A DNA stretch of 49,815 nt from Verrucomicrobiota bacterium (GTDB lineage Bacteria > Verrucomicrobiota > Verrucomicrobiia > Limisphaerales > SXQI01): assembly GCA_033762115.1 (NCBI GenBank), contig JANRLX010000080.1, positions 1 through 49,815 of the forward strand, in the 5' to 3' direction. Under the pieces are notes generated by a model that was given only the letters and a program-made list of their open reading frames with translations, had not been told where the DNA came from and did no database searches. The position numbers were made by a program, and so were the translations under genes. Below, piece after piece: positions 28,822 through 34,649 of this stretch. Positions within the stretch are counted from its first letter, which is position 1; each line of letters opens with the position of its first letter.

Positions 28822-29294
28822 GAGCGTTGAACCGCGCTGGAAGTCAACACAGGGGAATGACGCAGCTTGGAATTATAAAAAAGTAGAATCGAAGAGCCCA
28901 GAAAAAGGAAGAGTGCAAACGCCAGGCTGATGATCCACTCATTCCCTGAAAGTAACGGAACATCGCTCCACAAAGTCCCGAAACAGGAACAGTACTTTAC
29001 ATCCCAGGCCAGGAATCGATAGATCAAAAATTGGGTGGCAATAAAGCAGACCACCCCCAGTTTTACATTTTGCGAGAACGGCAGGAAAATAAGCGCAATA
29101 ACGAGAATTTCCCCGAGCGAAGCCCATGCGAGCAGAATGCGGTTGTTCACACCAAAAACTGGATCTGGCTGAAACAGTAATGCTGATGAGGAAAGAACCA
29201 CTGAAAATATTTTTGCCAGGGCAGTGATCCCCAGAATGCCTGCAGTCATGGCTAAAAATATCCTGATGAAAGCTTGTCGTTGGAACTGCTTCAT
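28818..29294 (-). CDS. MauE/DoxX-family membrane protein with a CxC motif
   Basis: Four hydrophobic helices, ALAK in TM1, conserved Glu (LGEIL) in TM2, and CSCFG matching the MauE CGCFG motif. ATGA overlap with the GT-C gene. Confidence 0.72.
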   Translation of the reverse strand: MKQFQRQAFIRIFLAMTAGILGITALAKIFSVVLSSSALLFQPDPVFGVNNRILLAWASLGEILVIALIFLPFSQNVKLGVVCFIATQFLIYRFLAWDVKYCSCFGTLWSDVPLLSGNEWIISLAFALFLFLGSSILLFYNSKLRHSPVLTSSAVQRS

Positions 29295-29304
29295 TTTATC
29301 CTTG

Positions 29305-29336
29305 AAAAGGATGGGTGTGTTTGCAGCACACCCATC
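29305..29336 (-). terminator. Stem-loop / leaky terminator after the Cys-rich gene
   Basis: Minus strand GATGGGTGTG-ctgcaaa-CACACCCATC (perfect 10-bp stem) followed by CTTTT. Confidence 0.65.
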
Positions 29337-29351
29337 TGTTATACCAATAAC

Positions 29352-29780
29352 TCAGCCTCCCGTTCCGCTGCAGCTCCCTCCGGAGATATCGGCGCGACGG
29401 GAGGTGTCTCTGTCAACCCATCGGAACGCTGCAAAACATCCAGAAACGTAGATTTGCTGCTGGCTCCACGTGCATCCTGAGGTTGTTGATTGTGAACTGC
29501 AATAAGCCAGACCTGCGGATGAAGTCGAAGTGCAAATCAGTTCGTTCGGCCCATCTGTCGAGGAGCAAGTCCCTACAAATGACCCAGTACAAATAGCATT
29601 CGGGCTACAGCACGGTGCGCCAACAAACCGGTAAGGAACCGAGCATTGCGCTGTGGTGCCCACATGACACAGCTGAGTTACATTCTTATAGCAGGCTGCT
29701 ATAATCGGAAGCGTTGAAAACGCCAGAGTCAACGCTCCAGCGATCACCGCAAGCACTTTTCTTTGTCTGTTTTTTTCCAT
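29352..29780 (-). CDS. Secreted cysteine-rich miniprotein (12 Cys), unknown family
   Basis: N-terminal signal peptide (MEKNRQRK + hydrophobic core + IIAA), 12 Cys, 31 Ser/Thr in residues 30-142, A-rich initiation region, operon context. Confidence 0.8.
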   Translation of the reverse strand: MEKNRQRKVLAVIAGALTLAFSTLPIIAACYKNVTQLCHVGTTAQCSVPYRFVGAPCCSPNAICTGSFVGTCSSTDGPNELICTSTSSAGLAYCSSQSTTSGCTWSQQQIYVSGCFAAFRWVDRDTSRRADISGGSCSGTGG

Positions 29781-29798
29781 TGTTGTTTTGTTTTGTTA

Positions 29799-29820
29799 TT
29801 GCAGGCGGAATTGCCTGCAA
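29799..29820 (-). promoter_or_regulatory. Hairpin 5' of the Cys-rich gene (possible processing or stability element)
   Basis: TTGCAGGC-N6-GCCTGCAA perfect 8-bp inverted repeat, followed on the minus strand by TAACAAAACAAAACAACA-ATG. Confidence 0.55.
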
Positions 29821-29834
29821 ATTGTTTGATTCGG

Positions 29835-30815
29835 TTATTTACGGGTTGCTACCCATCCAATGACGAGGAGAGCCACAACACCACCTCCAATAAAGAGCAA
29901 AGGTTTCGATTTTTTAGTCTTACCCTCCTTTTCTAACATTCCATCCAGTTCCGTGCGAACAAGGCTGACCACGAGTTCATTGGGCCGGGACCGCGCAATT
30001 TCAACACTATTGGACCAGATGGAACGTTCCATGACCTCGGCGGTTATATAGCTCACGGGATTGATCTCCCTTTGCACCTCTTCCAGCTTCCCCGGCCTGA
30101 CCTCATGAAAAGTGATTCGTTTCTCGCATTTCCCTTCCCTGATAATATCCACTGTTTTCGGCCAGCCTCTCGGTATGGCAGGATCATTCGTGAAAGTAAG
30201 CTCGCTTTTAGCTAAAGGGGTTTCCAGGACTAACTTATTCACTGCAACTCGCCGCACCGAACCTTGCGTGATATTTTTAATAAAATGAGGATCATCCCTG
30301 CCAGCTCCTTTGAGGAGTTGCTCTGCAACAGGGTTCAATTTACTTTCAAATTCATCCCCATTCCATTTAAAGGAACCTGGCTGATTTTGCTGCGATAAAA
30401 ATGTCAATACCTCGGAAATAATCATCAAACTGGAATCACTTGCTGTCGCATAAGGATCAGGTGCGGTCATGTTGGGATCAAACGACTGGATCAATCGATA
30501 GCCTGATATTTGCCACCGCATCGTCGACGATCTGCCTATAAAAAGAGGAGAGATGTTGTTATTTGTCCGGCTGATTGGTATGGAAAAATCTCGCTCACGC
30601 TTGGTGTGACGCAACGCATAATCAGACCCAGCGACAGCTAACAAATAAATATTTTCTTTCGGCCCACATCCTTCGTTAACCGAATAACGAATTAAATGGA
30701 AAGCTGGTGTCCCCGAAAGAAATTCTTTGAACATATCAAGCGAAGGATCTGCGCCATAACCCTTCAAGCATGTCAGATATAATACGATAAAAATAGCATG
30801 TTTAATTATTCTCAT
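29835..30815 (-). CDS. Hypothetical exported protein with a C-terminal membrane anchor
   Basis: 326 aa. N-terminal signal peptide, soluble beta-strand-like core, C-terminal KKSKP-LLFIGGGVVALLVIGWVAT-RK. Confidence 0.8.
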   Translation of the reverse strand: MRIIKHAIFIVLYLTCLKGYGADPSLDMFKEFLSGTPAFHLIRYSVNEGCGPKENIYLLAVAGSDYALRHTKRERDFSIPISRTNNNISPLFIGRSSTMRWQISGYRLIQSFDPNMTAPDPYATASDSSLMIISEVLTFLSQQNQPGSFKWNGDEFESKLNPVAEQLLKGAGRDDPHFIKNITQGSVRRVAVNKLVLETPLAKSELTFTNDPAIPRGWPKTVDIIREGKCEKRITFHEVRPGKLEEVQREINPVSYITAEVMERSIWSNSVEIARSRPNELVVSLVRTELDGMLEKEGKTKKSKPLLFIGGGVVALLVIGWVATRK

Positions 30816-30911
30816 GAGATAACAGGTGGATGTCAGATATTTTAGAGGATGCCTTTAAAAGAAAAAACTCCCCCTTTTGATTCTAAACACGGAGCCCTCA
30901 TTGGATGCTTC

Positions 30912-30960
30912 ATCTTTGCTGATGCTCAAAATAAGTCAATAAAAAAATTAGTTTTTTTAA
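30912..30960 (-). promoter_or_regulatory. Putative promoter of the low-GC cassette
   Basis: Minus strand A/T tracts (UP-element-like) then TTGACT-N16-AAAGAT, about 100 nt before the ATG at 30815. Confidence 0.35.
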
Positions 30961-31035
30961 TTGCTTCTGTAAGGCTCTTATATTCAGTTGCTTTTAAGCT
31001 GGAATTAAAATTAAAACCGCAAAGTTTTTGGACGT

Positions 31036-31066
31036 AAAAAAAACGACGGGTGATACCCGTCGTTTT
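31036..31066 (-). terminator. Intrinsic terminator of guaB3 (potentially bidirectional)
   Basis: AAAACGACGGGT-GAT-ACCCGTCGTTTT with a T8 run on the minus strand. Confidence 0.85.
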
Positions 31067-31094
31067 CAGTTGATATATGACTGAGTAAAACCTT

Positions 31095-32273
31095 TTACCG
31101 CGTTCCCATCCCCACGCTCTGCACGGTCTGGAACAGCTTCCCTTCCGTCTTGATACTGGGAGCAATAATGATCTCCGTTTCCTGGAATTCCTTGATTGTC
31201 GCCGCGCCCACGTTCCCCATGCAGGTCGTGATCGCGCCCACCAGATTTTGCGAACCATCATCCACCGTGGCGGGCCCAAAAAGAATCTGCCGCAGGGACC
31301 CGCTGATGCCCACTTTGATCCGCGTGCCACGCGGGAGGTTCGCATGCGGAGTCGCCATCCCCCAATGATTTCCCTGCCCGGGCGCTTCCATGGCGCGGGC
31401 AAACGCGCTCCCCACCATCACTGCATCCGAGCCGCAGGCCAGCGCCTTGCAGACATCCCCCCCTTTGCTCATCCCCCCATCGGTAATAATCGGGACGTAC
31501 CGCCCCGTTTGCTTGTGATAATAATCACGCGCCGCGGCGCAATCCACCGTGGCTGTCACCTGAGGAACACCAAGCCCAAGCACCCCCCGGCTCGTGCAGG
31601 CCGCACCGGGACCCACCCCGATCAAAACACCTGCCACACCGCAACGCATCAACTCGAGCGTGACGTTATAAGTCACCGCATTGCCGATGATCACCGGAAT
31701 TTTCAGGCTCCCGGTGAACTGCTCCAGGTCCAGGGATTTATACTGCGTCGAAATATGCCTTACCGTGGAAACGGTCGATTGCACCACAAAAACATCTGCG
31801 CCAGCTTCCTGCGCAATCGCCGCGTAACGTTCCGCTTTTTGCGGGATTGAACTCACCGCTGCCAGCACACCTGCTTTCTTCAACTCCTCCACCCGCCGCG
31901 CGATCAGATCTTCACGCACCGGTTCCGTGTACACCTTTTGCAGCAGGGAAGTGACCGCATCCTTGTCCGCGCTGAGCACCTGCTTGAGAATCTCTGAAGG
32001 ATTTTCGTAACGCGTTTGAATCCCTTCAAGGTTGATCACCCCAAGCCCGCCGAGCCTCCCCATTTCAATGCAGAAATTCACATCCGTCACCCCATCCATG
32101 GCCGAGGCGAGGATCGGGATCTTCAGCCGGATCGGCTCCCCATCCTTCCGCGGAATGGCAAACGAAGTATCCACTTCGGCGGGGTTGATCGTGACCTCCC
32201 CAGGCACAAGCGCGATCTCATCAAAACCGTAGGTGACACGGGCTTTTCGGTTGCGTCCAATCCACATTCCCAT
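31095..32273 (-). CDS. guaB3: GuaB3-family IMP dehydrogenase-related protein
   Basis: IGRNRKARVTYGFDEIALVP, ILASAMD, GVGPGAACTSRGVLGLGVPQ, IITDGG, WGMATP..LPRGTRI. No CBS domains. Confidence 0.85.
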   Translation of the reverse strand: MGMWIGRNRKARVTYGFDEIALVPGEVTINPAEVDTSFAIPRKDGEPIRLKIPILASAMDGVTDVNFCIEMGRLGGLGVINLEGIQTRYENPSEILKQVLSADKDAVTSLLQKVYTEPVREDLIARRVEELKKAGVLAAVSSIPQKAERYAAIAQEAGADVFVVQSTVSTVRHISTQYKSLDLEQFTGSLKIPVIIGNAVTYNVTLELMRCGVAGVLIGVGPGAACTSRGVLGLGVPQVTATVDCAAARDYYHKQTGRYVPIITDGGMSKGGDVCKALACGSDAVMVGSAFARAMEAPGQGNHWGMATPHANLPRGTRIKVGISGSLRQILFGPATVDDGSQNLVGAITTCMGNVGAATIKEFQETEIIIAPSIKTEGKLFQTVQSVGMGTR

Positions 32274-32302
32274 AACTGATCTTTCGAAGCTCTTAGACTA
32301 AT

Positions 32303-32527
32303 TCAAAAATGTATAATGTCGTTCATTTTGCCACAATGGGGACAGCGGGAACGATCAACATCCGCATCATCCGTATAAACAAAAGCACATTTCTCGCATC
32401 GAAAAATGTGATCTTCGCTCGGTGTCGGTTCAAACCGTTTTCTACGAAGCTCGTAATATATGACCACGCACGAAATTGCAGCAAGTAAAAGAACAACGTA
32501 GCCCAAAATTAGCTTGTCAACGCTCAT
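32303..32527 (-). CDS. Small single-pass membrane protein with a Zn-ribbon
   Basis: 74 aa from ATG 32527 (ATGA overlap with tonB). One TM helix, then FRCEKC..RCPHCG. Confidence 0.75.
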   Translation of the reverse strand: MSVDKLILGYVVLLLAAISCVVIYYELRRKRFEPTPSEDHIFRCEKCAFVYTDDADVDRSRCPHCGKMNDIIHF

Positions 32528-33240
32528 TTTTGTGCTGGGGCCGGGCTGTTCGTCGGCAGGCTCGGCAGGGACGCCCACTGGAACGTCAGCTCACCCCACT
32601 GAAGCTCATGCTCAGCGGACGGAGTATACGAAAGTTGCCGCGCAATTCGCAGCGCATCAAGGTCCGCCTGGCGTGAACCGCTTCCCACAAGAATCCGGCT
32701 CGATACCACTCGCCCGCGAGGATCAAGCCCCACCTGCACCACGCTGTTGCTCAGGACATCCGTATGCACCTGCGGCGGAAGCTCCGGAACCGTTCGCAGG
32801 CGGGGCGCAAACGCAGAATGGATCGTCAGGATCGATTTGGGAGTCGAATCAGGAACCTCCGGGCTCCAGCTGACCATCGGCATCGCCGACCGCGCTGGAG
32901 GCAATAAATCGTTCCCCGGAAACACCACTGAAATGCTCCCGTGACCAGCCTCACGATAACTGGTGAATTGCATGTTATTCGTCGCCGCCCGCACCGGCGC
33001 TTTGATCGCTGGCAGCTTCATCCACGCCGCTCCTGAAAATCCCTGGGGATGAGGAGCCGCAAAGACAAGCGGGGCTTCCAGCAGGCTGCTGGAAACAGCC
33101 GTCCCCGTTGGTGGCATATGGTAAACAGTGCTGATCTCTTTTCCTCGGGAGGATTGAGAATCTTCCGGCTCTGAAAAAACCCAGACAAGAACCAGTTGAA
33201 TCAGCAGGATCAAAAGAATGGAGTTGCGAAGGGGACGCAC
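32524..33240 (-). CDS. TonB-like energy transducer
   Basis: N-terminal TM helix, Pro-rich linker, C-terminal VVQVGLDPRGRVVSSRILVGSGSRQADLDAL (TonB_C-like). Follows exbB-exbD. Confidence 0.7.
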   Translation of the reverse strand: MRPLRNSILLILLIQLVLVWVFSEPEDSQSSRGKEISTVYHMPPTGTAVSSSLLEAPLVFAAPHPQGFSGAAWMKLPAIKAPVRAATNNMQFTSYREAGHGSISVVFPGNDLLPPARSAMPMVSWSPEVPDSTPKSILTIHSAFAPRLRTVPELPPQVHTDVLSNSVVQVGLDPRGRVVSSRILVGSGSRQADLDALRIARQLSYTPSAEHELQWGELTFQWASLPSLPTNSPAPAQK

Positions 33241-33241
33241 G

Positions 33242-33919
33242 TTATCTGGAAAGTTTCAATCGTGGGCGGGTCGCAATCACCACCTCCTGCAACCCCGCCT
33301 CCCGCGCCATTTCACTCAACCGCACAAACCGCTCCAGCGCCACTTCCTTGTCCATTTGCAGGATCAAAGTCAGCGGCCCCCTCGCCTCACGGACTGCGGC
33401 CTCAAGCTTCTTGCGCAGCAATTCCTCCTTGATGATTTGGTTTTCAAAAAAAAGTTGCCCGTTCAAATTGATTGCCACAACCACCGCCGGATTCGCTGTG
33501 CCCGGCAACTCCCCCGCCTCCGGCAACTCAATCCGCGTCCCCGGAAGTTCAACCTGGCTCCCCAGCTCCGTCGCAAGCGCGCGAACCTGTTCCGCGGTCC
33601 AACCCGTACTGGCAGATTCCGTGTGCAGCAGGAACATCCGCGGCACTTTGCCGTCACGGAATTGTTCGCGCAATTCCGCCTCGAACTCAGCAAATTGATA
33701 CCGCCTCCCCTGGTAACGAATTTCACTGTTCGCCTGGATGAAAACCACCGGCCGATTCGTTGAGGAACTCCCCGGTGAATTGATCGACACCCGCACCCCC
33801 GGGGTGAACACAATCGACGAATGCAGCAACAGGAAAAGGCTCAGCAGGAAAAATACCCCCACCACCGGCGCCGCGTCTATCTGGCCCCGAAATACTTTAT
33901 GGTTCCGTGGAAGCCTCAT
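33242..33919 (-). CDS. exbD: ExbD/TolR-family protein with a duplicated periplasmic domain
   Basis: IDAAPVVGVFFLLSLFLLL TM helix, two successive ExbD-like domains, the second ending LILQMDKEV..FVRLSEMAREAGLQEVVIAT. Confidence 0.8.
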   Translation of the reverse strand: MRLPRNHKVFRGQIDAAPVVGVFFLLSLFLLLHSSIVFTPGVRVSINSPGSSSTNRPVVFIQANSEIRYQGRRYQFAEFEAELREQFRDGKVPRMFLLHTESASTGWTAEQVRALATELGSQVELPGTRIELPEAGELPGTANPAVVVAINLNGQLFFENQIIKEELLRKKLEAAVREARGPLTLILQMDKEVALERFVRLSEMAREAGLQEVVIATRPRLKLSR

Positions 33920-34550
33920 GCCGTCCGCGCGGTTCGGAAATAAAATTCAGCACCTCGGTGGAGACCTTCTCCATGTCGAGAATGATCGCATTCACCCGGC
34001 TCACCAGGTAGTTGTAACCCGTATACGCCGGGATCGCGATCGCTAGTCCAAAAGCAGTGCAAATCAGCCCTTCCCAGATCCCTTCGGAAAGCTGCGCCAC
34101 ATGCGCATACAACCCCGCTTCCTGCAACTTCGCGAAAACCTTGATAAAACCCAGCACCGTCCCAAGAAAACCCATCAGCGGCGAAATCTGCGCAATCGTC
34201 GCCAGCACATTCAACTTCTCCTCCAGCCTCGGCACTTCAACCAATCCTGCCTCCTCCAGCGCCTCCCGAACTGCTTCCCGCCCCTGCTCACGGTTCAGGA
34301 TTGCGGTCTTGACCAGGCGTGAAACAGGCCCCGGCGTCGCATCGCAAATGGAAAGCGCTTCCACGATGTTCGCTTCAGAATTTTTTTCACGCTTGAGCAC
34401 GTTGCGAACACCATTGAGAAATTCAACCGAATTGATCTGCGCGCGATGATAATGCAGCAACCGCTCGATAAACACCGCGATACCTACCGCGCTGGTTACG
34501 AGCAGCAGCCAGACCATCCAACCGCCTTTGGCCAGGAGCGTGGGCAACAT
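33897..34550 (-). CDS. exbB: MotA/TolQ/ExbB proton channel protein
   Basis: LATIAQISPLMGFLGTVLGFI, GIWEGLICTAFGLAIAIPA. Confidence 0.9.
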   Translation of the reverse strand: MLPTLLAKGGWMVWLLLVTSAVGIAVFIERLLHYHRAQINSVEFLNGVRNVLKREKNSEANIVEALSICDATPGPVSRLVKTAILNREQGREAVREALEEAGLVEVPRLEEKLNVLATIAQISPLMGFLGTVLGFIKVFAKLQEAGLYAHVAQLSEGIWEGLICTAFGLAIAIPAYTGYNYLVSRVNAIILDMEKVSTEVLNFISEPRGRHEASTEP

Positions 34551-34649
34551 GCCTCTGTTTATAATGCGAGATCATTCAAACTTCAAAGGCAAAGGGATGA
34601 TCTCCTCACAGGGTTGACAGCCGGACTTTCTGTTCCACTATTTGTCAGT

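Noticed and set aside
29352..29780. Calling the Cys-rich protein MauA, a ferredoxin or a glycocin
   Set aside because: No MauA similarity, Tat motif or MauG/MauB. No CxxCxxC motif. No double-glycine leader or C39 ABC exporter in the window.
30770..30840. 11-bp direct repeat ATGTCAGATAT at 60-bp spacing
   Set aside because: Only two copies, one inside the CDS, in AT-rich DNA. Not at the island boundaries, so not an att site or CRISPR repeat.
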